Of a stretch of 28,240 nucleotides of DNA, positions 1 to 9,890 are shown piece by piece. Position 1 is the stretch's first letter. Each line of letters begins with the position of its first letter. Under the pieces are notes generated by a model. That model was given only the letters and a program-made list of their open reading frames with translations, was not told the DNA's origin and searched no databases. The DNA lies in the NCBI GenBank assembly GCA_016213305.1, contig JACRAV010000403.1:1-28240 (forward strand), in the 5' to 3' direction. This stretch comes from Candidatus Zixiibacteriota bacterium (GTDB lineage: Bacteria; Zixibacteria; MSB-5A5; GN15; FEB-12). The position numbers and the translations under genes are program-made.

Positions 1-765
1 CACTGGAGCCAGACAGCGGGCATCCTCACGATCGAACCGCCGGGTTTCCTCGGCGAAGAGAAGCAAACCGCCGATACGCTCGCCGCCGGCAATGAGCGGC
101 AGAACCAGTACCGACTGAAAGCGGGAGGGTTTCGCCTCGCCGGTGCGCGAGACGAAATCGAATCCGGGAGCGATCAGGGCTTCGCCCAATTCAACGGCCT
201 GACTGACGATATTTCGTTCCAGCGGGTAATGCTCCAGAGCGGCGATTTCCTCCTTCGCCAGCCCAATCGACGCGGTGAGCACAAATTGCCGGTGGGTTCG
301 ATTGGCCAGAAAGACAGCGCCCGAGGCGCCGGAAGAACTGGTGACGATTTCGCGCAGAGCGATGTCGAGCAGTTCGAGGAGCTGGTACGGCTGGCGGGCG
401 TCGTGCTGAAGATTCTCGAGGATGCCGAGTTTGCGGTCGCGAGCTTCGATCCGGCGTCGCGAATCGAGCCAGAACCGGTCGTGCCGGACAAGGCCCACGC
501 CAATCAGGATGATACCCGAGAACATCGAGGCGGCCTGAAGAATGGCCGCGACAAGATAGGCCCTTGGGACAAACCAGTCTCCGTACGAGGGGCTTAGCGC
601 CAGATATTGCCAGACCAGGGCCAGGGTCACCAGCGCCGTTCCCCAGAGGAAAGCAACCCGGCCTCGCCGGTTTTTCAGGCCGAAGTAGTCGAGTTTCAGC
701 CAGAGATAGATGACGGTGAATAAGAGCGAAGCCAGAACGGCGAGCGTGGCAATTCGCGGCGACAT
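1..765 (-). CDS. Membrane-anchored GAF-domain sensor protein (3' partial; possibly a histidine kinase or cyclase)
   Basis: Not in the ORF track because it has no stop in the window. My translation from ATG 765 is open to base 1: MSPRIATLAVLASLLFTVIYLWLK... with about three hydrophobic segments, then a GAF-like stretch (GASGAVFLAN...SVLVLPLIAGGERIGGLLLFAEETRRFDREDARCL). The ATG overlaps the miaB stop (TGATG). Confidence 0.8.
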   Translation of the reverse strand, partial: MSPRIATLAVLASLLFTVIYLWLKLDYFGLKNRRGRVAFLWGTALVTLALVWQYLALSPSYGDWFVPRAYLVAAILQAASMFSGIILIGVGLVRHDRFWLDSRRRIEARDRKLGILENLQHDARQPYQLLELLDIALREIVTSSSGASGAVFLANRTHRQFVLTASIGLAKEEIAALEHYPLERNIVSQAVELGEALIAPGFDFVSRTGEAKPSRFQSVLVLPLIAGGERIGGLLLFAEETRRFDREDARCLAPV

Positions 766-2081
766 CAGCCGTTCTCCGCAATTTCGCCGTGTAGAGTGAA
801 CGCGTCGGCGGCCGTAATCCGGATCGGGAGGATCGAACCCACAGGCGCATGGTCGCCCCGGAAGAGAACGGTCTTATTCCCTTCAGTGCGGGCGCGCCGA
901 TATTCCTTCGAACGGCGGGAATCCCCCTCAACCAGCGAGGTTCGTATCTGACCGATCTCGCGCTGATTCACCTCGTAGCTGATCTCCTGCTGGAGGCGAA
1001 TCAGGCGGTTGAGGCGGGCGATCTTGACGTCTTCGGGGACATCATCCGGCAGTTTAGCGGCGGTGGTTCCCGGGCGTACCGAATAGCGGAACATGAAGGC
1101 GCTGTCGTAACGGATTCGATGCACCGCCGCCAGAGTCATTTCGTACTCCTCATCGGTCTCGGTCGGAAACCCGACGATCAGATCGGTGGTGAGGGAGAAA
1201 TAGGGGAGTTTCTCCCGGATGTAATCGACAATCTTGAAATAATGTTCGATGGTATAAATGCGGCCCATCATTTTGAGGATGCGGTTGCTTCCGCTCTGGA
1301 GCGGGAGATGAACATGAGGCAACAGACGGGGTTCATCGGCCAGGACATCGACCAGTTTGCGCGATAAGTCCTTCGGGTGCGAAGTCATGAAGCGGAGGCG
1401 TTTCACGCCGGTCTCGCGAATCACTCGCTGGAGTAGTCCGGGGAAATCGGTGTCTCCATGGCGATAGCTGTTAACGTTTTGACCGAGGAGGGTGATTTCA
1501 ACCACCCCTTCATCGACCAGTTTTCTGACCGAATCGACCAGATATTCGGCGGAGTGAGAGCGTTCCTTGCCGCGCACATAGGGCACGATACAGTACGTGC
1601 AATAGTTATCGCAGCCGCGCGAGATAGTCAGGAAAGCCGAATACGGGGTCTCTTTGACGGGCAGGATCATGTCAATATCTTCGTGCCCGAACGCGGTCAT
1701 CACCGCCTGGGTCCCCTCGTTACCTTCCAGGACATCGGGGAGTTCAAACAGCCGGTCGGTTCCGAGAACCATATCGACGTGAGGGACGCGCTCCCTCAGG
1801 TCCTGCGACAGGCGCTGGGCCATACAGCCGACCACGGCAATTTTCACCGACGGTTTGCGCCGCTTGTGCTGGTACAATTCGCCGAGCCGTCCGAGGACGC
1901 GCTCCTCGGCCTTCTCGCGTACCGAGCAGGTGTTCAGGATGATCAGGTCGGCGTCCTGCTCGTGTTCGACGCGCCGGTAGCCACGGGTGATCAGGGCCGA
2001 GGCGAGGGTCGAGGAATCGGCCAGGTTCATCTGACAGCCGTAGGTCGATATGTGAAAGGTCTCCGGTCGCGCTTGAGTCAA
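765..2081 (-). CDS. miaB: tRNA-2-methylthio-N6-dimethylallyladenosine synthase MiaB
   Basis: UPF0004 motifs TYGCQMN, NTCSVREKAE and GCMAQ; radical SAM CDNYCTYC; RFMTSHP; C-terminal TRAM domain. The ORF is open to 2156, but that TTG overlaps a predicted -10, so TTG 2081 (or 2093) is the likelier start. Confidence 0.93.
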   Translation of the reverse strand: MTQARPETFHISTYGCQMNLADSSTLASALITRGYRRVEHEQDADLIILNTCSVREKAEERVLGRLGELYQHKRRKPSVKIAVVGCMAQRLSQDLRERVPHVDMVLGTDRLFELPDVLEGNEGTQAVMTAFGHEDIDMILPVKETPYSAFLTISRGCDNYCTYCIVPYVRGKERSHSAEYLVDSVRKLVDEGVVEITLLGQNVNSYRHGDTDFPGLLQRVIRETGVKRLRFMTSHPKDLSRKLVDVLADEPRLLPHVHLPLQSGSNRILKMMGRIYTIEHYFKIVDYIREKLPYFSLTTDLIVGFPTETDEEYEMTLAAVHRIRYDSAFMFRYSVRPGTTAAKLPDDVPEDVKIARLNRLIRLQQEISYEVNQREIGQIRTSLVEGDSRRSKEYRRARTEGNKTVLFRGDHAPVGSILPIRITAADAFTLHGEIAENG

Positions 2082-2155
2082 CGTAACATCCAATCCGATA
2101 GGTACATCGAGGTCAATTTCCAGCGTATAAGGTAATAGTCCTGCGGCCGGTTGCA

Positions 2156-2183
2156 ACTATAAATACCGAGCGGGAGGCATCAA
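2156..2183 (-). promoter_or_regulatory. Putative sigma70-type promoter for miaB
   Basis: TTGATG-N16-TATAGT on the minus strand, overlapping the U-tract of the upstream terminator. Confidence 0.45.
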
Positions 2184-2208
2184 AAAAAGCCCCCGCGGCC
2201 GGGGGCTT
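2182..2208 (-). terminator. Intrinsic terminator of the M1 peptidase gene
   Basis: Minus strand reads AAGCCCCC-ggccgc-GGGGGCTT running into TTTTT, 30 nt after the stop at 2238. Confidence 0.85.
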
Positions 2209-2237
2209 GCCAGCTATGTGCGAATGCCGACTGCCAG

Positions 2238-4484
2238 TCAATGGGCACAACCGAGAGTCAAAGGGGGCCCGTCAAAAAACAGAAAACCGATTAAGGCGGT
2301 GAGATCGGAGATATCCATGTTACAGTCGTTGTCGTAATCGGCTGTGGCGGGCGCCAGTGGAGGAGGACCTCCAAGGTAGAGATACTCGATTAAGTAGGTG
2401 AGGTCGGAGATATCGACCCCCTCGGTCATATCCACGTTGCCCGGTACGAGTCCGGTCGGTGCGATGCGTATTTTCAGATTGGCGGTATCGGAAAGGCTCG
2501 TTCCCGTCTGATTGACCCGGGCCGAAAAGGCAAAGGTGCCGGTGTCGGTACAACGACCGGTAACAATCCCCTTGAAATTAATGCTCAATCCCGGAGGCAG
2601 CGACCCGGCGACAATCGACCAGTTGTTGTTGTTGGTTCCGCCCCTGGCTCCAATAGTGTCGGTGTATGTGAAGTACTGTTGTCCGACATGCAGGTCGGAA
2701 TCGACCGAAACGACATAGATGTCCCACGGAATTTTCGTCGACGGTTTGATCGCCTTGAGAATCCAGTTGGCGGGGTCGAGCACGACATTGCTGAGGGCGC
2801 CGGGCAGATGCATTTTGTGGAATTTCTTGCGCTGATCCACCATCAGATGAACGGTATCGTCGGGATACGAGACGTAATCCAGCAAAAAATCCACCGGCAT
2901 GCGAAAGACCTGTGGGTTGGTGGTCTGAATCTGTTTGGTGACCAGGTAGAGATTGACGCCGCCGCCGGGGGCATTTTCCTGAAAGTATGTGTAATTGTAG
3001 TTGGGTCGGTAAGTTCCGTAAATCCAGTCCTGCATGAAGTCATGGACATTCACGCCGGTTGCGGCTTCGACCACATCGCGGAATTGTTCGGTTGTCGCGG
3101 AACCATATCGATACGGCGAGTTGTACCAGGCGCTCATGGCGTTGGCGAAGCCGGTCTCGCCGACGATTCGTCTCAGCATATGCAAGACCCAGGCCCCCTT
3201 ATCGTACACGATGCTTCCAAAAATGATGCCCACATTGGTCGTGTCGATGATGTAGATCGATCCACCAAGGGCGAATTCCATGCTGGTCATGTAGGAATGG
3301 TAACTTGCCCATCCCGATTTCTTCAGATAGTACTGGGATTCGCAGTACGACGCAAATCCTTCGTTGAGCCAGATGTGGTGCCAGTTCTTGCAGGTGATCA
3401 TATCCCCCCACCATTGGTGACCCAGCTCATGCACCACCACCGGCTCCGAAAAACCGAAAGTCCCGTACCCCATCATCGAGGTCATGGTCTGATGCTCCAT
3501 GCCTCCCCCCCACTCGAAATTGGAGTGGCCGTACTTCTCCCTTGGGAACGGGTATGGTCCGAAACTCTCGACCAGATACTGGATAGCCGTCGGGGTAATT
3601 CCGTAGCGGGGGAGTGAGTAAGCGTACTGCTCCGGATAGACGGCGTTAATGATCGGCATGGTGTCCAGACCGCCGTTATAGACGTACTTGTCGTACCAGA
3701 CCTGGTATTTCGAGATGGCGACCGAAAATAGATAGGTGACCATTGGATACCGCACGCTCCAATGAAATGTGTGCGAGTTGGCGCTTGCGGCCACGACGGA
3801 ATCAAGCTTGCCATTGGAGCCGCAAAAGAAAGCGGTATCGACTTCGATGGCGATATTGAACGAATCGGCCTTGTCGTCGGGACGGTCCTTGCACGGCCAC
3901 CAGGTACGGGCAAAATACGGCTCGGACAGAGATGAGATGACCTTCTTCCCCCACTGGTTGACGTCGAAAGCAAAGGCCTGAAAGCCCCCCTCGACGGGAT
4001 GGCCGTGATAGAAGGTGTTAAACCGAAACTGCTGGCCGGTGTTGTAGGTCTGGCCCAGAGTGATGGTTACCACATTACCGGCACGAGAATACGCAAGAGT
4101 CCCTGATGGGGCGACGATGGAGTCGATCGTCATATTGCTGTAGAAATCTATCTGTACCTGCGAAAGACCGTCAACCGTGGCGTCGGCCACCATGAGCACC
4201 CGGCCATAGAGGACCTGAGTCGTGTCGTTGACGCGAATGTAGATGTCATGAAAACGGACGTCGAAATCAGTTTGGCTGACGGCCCCAAGGGCGGCACTCT
4301 CCATGGCGCCCTTACGCGCCGCCAGCGCTCGTGCCTTGTATTTCCACATTTCCTGATGGAACTCGGCCGGGGTGGCCTTGTCCCAATCGCGGGTATCTGC
4401 CGCCGGAGCGGTTAAGACACCGCCCATACACAGAAGTATTGTTCCGATGGAGCTACGGAGAATCAGTTGAAGTCGAGCCGACAC
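2238..4484 (-). CDS. Secreted M1-family zinc aminopeptidase with He_PIG-like Ig domain and C-terminal dockerin-like domain
   Basis: Signal peptide; GGMEH exopeptidase motif; HELGH-x18-E (WLNEGF); YDKGAWVLHMLR; GSLPPGLSI Ig repeat; duplicated DISDLT Ca-binding repeats. GTG start with GGAGG SD. Confidence 0.9.
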   Translation of the reverse strand: MSARLQLILRSSIGTILLCMGGVLTAPAADTRDWDKATPAEFHQEMWKYKARALAARKGAMESAALGAVSQTDFDVRFHDIYIRVNDTTQVLYGRVLMVADATVDGLSQVQIDFYSNMTIDSIVAPSGTLAYSRAGNVVTITLGQTYNTGQQFRFNTFYHGHPVEGGFQAFAFDVNQWGKKVISSLSEPYFARTWWPCKDRPDDKADSFNIAIEVDTAFFCGSNGKLDSVVAASANSHTFHWSVRYPMVTYLFSVAISKYQVWYDKYVYNGGLDTMPIINAVYPEQYAYSLPRYGITPTAIQYLVESFGPYPFPREKYGHSNFEWGGGMEHQTMTSMMGYGTFGFSEPVVVHELGHQWWGDMITCKNWHHIWLNEGFASYCESQYYLKKSGWASYHSYMTSMEFALGGSIYIIDTTNVGIIFGSIVYDKGAWVLHMLRRIVGETGFANAMSAWYNSPYRYGSATTEQFRDVVEAATGVNVHDFMQDWIYGTYRPNYNYTYFQENAPGGGVNLYLVTKQIQTTNPQVFRMPVDFLLDYVSYPDDTVHLMVDQRKKFHKMHLPGALSNVVLDPANWILKAIKPSTKIPWDIYVVSVDSDLHVGQQYFTYTDTIGARGGTNNNNWSIVAGSLPPGLSINFKGIVTGRCTDTGTFAFSARVNQTGTSLSDTANLKIRIAPTGLVPGNVDMTEGVDISDLTYLIEYLYLGGPPPLAPATADYDNDCNMDISDLTALIGFLFFDGPPLTLGCAH

Positions 4485-4583
4485 GGGGCACCTCCAGGAT
4501 CGTAAGTTACCGGACCATCATCTGTGCATCTTATGGATCGGCTGTTTTGGCCGGACATCCAGCGAGGAGATGCTTTGCGTTGC

Positions 4584-4611
4584 AAGATAAGATGTTACGG
4601 CTATATGTCAA
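4584..4611 (-). promoter_or_regulatory. Putative sigma70-type promoter for the M1 peptidase
   Basis: TTGACA-N16-TATCTT about 100 nt upstream of the start. Confidence 0.55.
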
Positions 4612-4613
4612 GA

Positions 4614-4643
4614 CAAAACGCGAAGGGCGCCCGGAAGGCGCCC
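4614..4643 (-). terminator. Probable terminator of the multi-Ig dockerin gene
   Basis: GGGCGCC-ttccg-GGCGCCC stem followed by ttcgcgtttt on the minus strand. Confidence 0.55.
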
Positions 4644-4666
4644 CATGGATTCGCGTATTATCGTTC

Positions 4667-7012
4667 TCAGTAGGGATTGCCGCAAATCACGGGTCCCATC
4701 ATAAATACATAGTCAATCAAGCGGGTCAGATCGGAGATATCGACCAGGTTGTCGCAGTCACAGTCTCCCACCAAGAACGTGGGCTTCGCCGGAAGTCCCC
4801 CCATGTAAAGATATTCTATCAGAGCGGTGACATCGGAAATATCCATCCATCCATCCCAGTCCACATCACACCTAAATCTCCAGACTCGGAGTTCAACCGG
4901 CACGAGAGCGGGAGAGTTGGTGGCTCCGGCCGACGATACTCGAATTGTGTCATAGTAGGTACCGAGCGTATAGCCGGGGGCATCGACGAGTATCCCCACA
5001 TCAGCGGGCACATCGCCGCTGTCGGCACGTAGTTGGAGCCAGGAGGCCTGATGGGAGAGTGTCCACGGCATGCAACCGCCGTACTTATTGTCGATGGGCA
5101 GGATTCCCACGCCCTGTGGTCCGATATCTTCCTGATATGCGACGATCGTTGGCCCTCTTCCCAGAACAATTTCGGGCGTCTCTGTCCCGCCAATTCGATT
5201 GTACTGCACCACAATCAGTCGCGGGTTGTTGATGGCGTTGCGGGAGATCACCCAGATCGAATCGTAATAGGTTCCCGGCACGAGATCGGGGTCCAGGGCG
5301 GTAAGTCTGAAAGTGGCGGGCGCCACGGCGCTGTCTTTGTTGATAGTGAATAAGTCCGAAGCATACACCAGCCGGACCGCCATGGGGTCATCGCCGCCGG
5401 AGTTCTGGACCGAGAGGGTTTTGAAGGGAAGTGACTTTCCAAACCCCTGCGAACACTCATAGACATTAAATTTGATGGTGTCGTCGGACAAGCCGATCAC
5501 CGCAGGGAATTCGACAAACCTCAGCGTTATCACCACGGGAAACGGCGAGTTGATCGCCTGTGCGGAGGTTATCCAGATCGTGTCGGTAACCTGCATGCCA
5601 TCGTGGGCGCTCGACATTTTGTAGCGGACCTCGATTTTCTGGGGTGTCGAGCCGGTGTCGGGAACCAGCCCCAGAATGCGGGTCGCGTTTTCGGACGCCC
5701 TGAAATCGAGTTGTCCGGCCCCGGCGTTTCGAATGGTCACAAAGCGGGAAAAGAGAATCAATTCACTCAAATTCACGACGAAGAAATTGTACTGGGAGTC
5801 GGCCGCGATGATGGGAAGGTTTGATCCCATCTGCAGTATCACCGGAACCTTTACCGGATTGTTGACCGCGGTGGGGTCTGATACGACAATGGTATCCTTG
5901 TAGGTTCCATAGGTGAGGCCGGTAATATCGACCGACGCGCTTACGCTGGTGGAGTCGGTTCCTGATGACGGCGTGACCGAGAGCCACGGCTGGGCGTGAG
6001 TAAGAGTCCAATTGAGCGTTGATCCGGGATTACCGTTCTTCACGACCAGGGACTTGGGAATCGGGTTTGCTCCTCCCACCACCCCGCTGAAGAACAATTG
6101 CGACGGGGAGACACTGATCTGCGGCGGAGGCGGCGTGATGGCAAGTTTTGCGTACACAATCTGCGGCGAGTTGATCGCTTTGTTTGACTCTATGATGAGC
6201 GAATCAAAGTACGAGCCGATAGGCAACGCGGTGGGGTTGATGCTCACCGTTATGGTCGCGGGGGTGTTGCCCAGGGCGGGGCTTTTCAGAATCCACGAGG
6301 AGTTCTCCGAAACCGTAAATGGCACGGAGTTGGGCGTGGCAGTGATGCTGAAGGTCTGGGACGGCGGTGCGGAAGCGCCGTACACCATTGAAAATGCCAG
6401 AGTGTCGGGAATCACGTCGAGCACAGAAGGCGGCACATAGTCAACATCGTGAATAATCTTCCGGCCGGTCCACCAGGGCCGATAACTTTTGAGACTGTCG
6501 TCCACGAATTTGAAAGTCACGCCGTTGTTATAGGTGTTGGTGTCGAGGATGATCGAATCGTTGACGGTCCAGGAACTCAGGGAAAAGTAGTACCGGCACC
6601 AGAGTCGCCGGCTCGGCTCGGGCAGAACACCGGTGGCGGAGCTTCGTGCCCCGACAAACGGAAACCGCTTGTTGGTGTTGGTGAGATTGATGCTGTTCCC
6701 TTCATACGTGAAGTGGGCAAAGTCGAAGGCATCGAAAGCGAGAGTGGAAAAGCGGGCGCTGTCCATTTTCAAGTTCGGGTTAATCCAGCCGAACCCGGCG
6801 GCGGCCGCTCCGACGGTGCTGGAGTCGTTGAACGCATACAGATCGAGCCGGACCTTGAGCTGTCCGGTCGCCGCCCGCGGAATCACGGCGACCACCATGT
6901 CAACGGTGTCGGTGCTTCCCTTGTCGTAGGGATCGTGCCATTGAGCCTGGGCGGCGGCCGCCCACAGCAGAACCATTCCGCCCCAGATCAGTCTCACACT
7001 CACCTTTTTCAT
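4667..7012 (-). CDS. Secreted non-catalytic protein: N-terminal beta domain (cohesin-like?), five BACON-like Ig repeats, C-terminal dockerin-like domain
   Basis: Signal peptide (…WAAAAQA/QW); five ~100-aa repeats ending GxYxD(T/S)IxxxSxxA(I/V/T)N(S/N)P; C-terminus CDVDWDGWMDISDVTALIEYL…DCDCDNLVDISDLTRLIDY. GGAGG SD. Confidence 0.8.
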   Translation of the reverse strand: MKKVSVRLIWGGMVLLWAAAAQAQWHDPYDKGSTDTVDMVVAVIPRAATGQLKVRLDLYAFNDSSTVGAAAAGFGWINPNLKMDSARFSTLAFDAFDFAHFTYEGNSINLTNTNKRFPFVGARSSATGVLPEPSRRLWCRYYFSLSSWTVNDSIILDTNTYNNGVTFKFVDDSLKSYRPWWTGRKIIHDVDYVPPSVLDVIPDTLAFSMVYGASAPPSQTFSITATPNSVPFTVSENSSWILKSPALGNTPATITVSINPTALPIGSYFDSLIIESNKAINSPQIVYAKLAITPPPPQISVSPSQLFFSGVVGGANPIPKSLVVKNGNPGSTLNWTLTHAQPWLSVTPSSGTDSTSVSASVDITGLTYGTYKDTIVVSDPTAVNNPVKVPVILQMGSNLPIIAADSQYNFFVVNLSELILFSRFVTIRNAGAGQLDFRASENATRILGLVPDTGSTPQKIEVRYKMSSAHDGMQVTDTIWITSAQAINSPFPVVITLRFVEFPAVIGLSDDTIKFNVYECSQGFGKSLPFKTLSVQNSGGDDPMAVRLVYASDLFTINKDSAVAPATFRLTALDPDLVPGTYYDSIWVISRNAINNPRLIVVQYNRIGGTETPEIVLGRGPTIVAYQEDIGPQGVGILPIDNKYGGCMPWTLSHQASWLQLRADSGDVPADVGILVDAPGYTLGTYYDTIRVSSAGATNSPALVPVELRVWRFRCDVDWDGWMDISDVTALIEYLYMGGLPAKPTFLVGDCDCDNLVDISDLTRLIDYVFMMGPVICGNPY

Positions 7013-7219
7013 TTCGTGGCCTCCGTGCGCCGAAAAAGAATTCGTCGTTACCGCTTCGATGTATGGTTCTCACTTCAGACGGACGCGGGTGCAGTGAAGA
7101 CGGAAGAAACGCTGACCCGACTCGTCGCCGCACATTCAGCCGGGATGACCCGATCAGGTGCCGCGGCCACGGACGGTCACATGCAGAAAGCTGTAGAAAA
7201 CCCGTCGTCCGACGTTACC

Positions 7220-7249
7220 AATATAGACGGTGTGCCGGAATCATGTCAA
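7220..7249 (-). promoter_or_regulatory. Putative sigma70-type promoter for the multi-Ig gene
   Basis: TTGACA-N18-TATATT; implies a leader of about 200 nt. Confidence 0.55.
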
Positions 7250-7276
7250 GATAGAATTCGGGGTGTGCGGAATGGT

Positions 7277-9757
<2,481 letters not shown>

Positions 9758-9890
9758 CTACTTAGATATCGGCTGTAAGGGCCGATTCTCCCAGCCCAAG
9801 TACCTTCAACGCCCGACCCTTGTCAACGACTAACTCGCAACTTCAACAAGTCGCCGTAAGCATATAAACAACAACGCACTACGGTAACTA

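Noticed and set aside
229-597. Plus-strand 122-aa ORF and the minus-strand 174..503 and 191..931 ORFs
   Set aside because: Shadows or alternate frames of the GAF sensor (765 to 1, minus), which has a coherent domain pattern.
2679-3617. Plus-strand 312-aa ORF and similar antisense ORFs over miaB, helicase, TPR and E1
   Set aside because: Antisense shadows of well-supported minus-strand genes.
9797-9826. Promoter or heat-shock operator upstream of lon
   Set aside because: TTGACA is present but the -10 is poor (TACTTG), and I see no CIRCE repeat; too weak to report as a feature.
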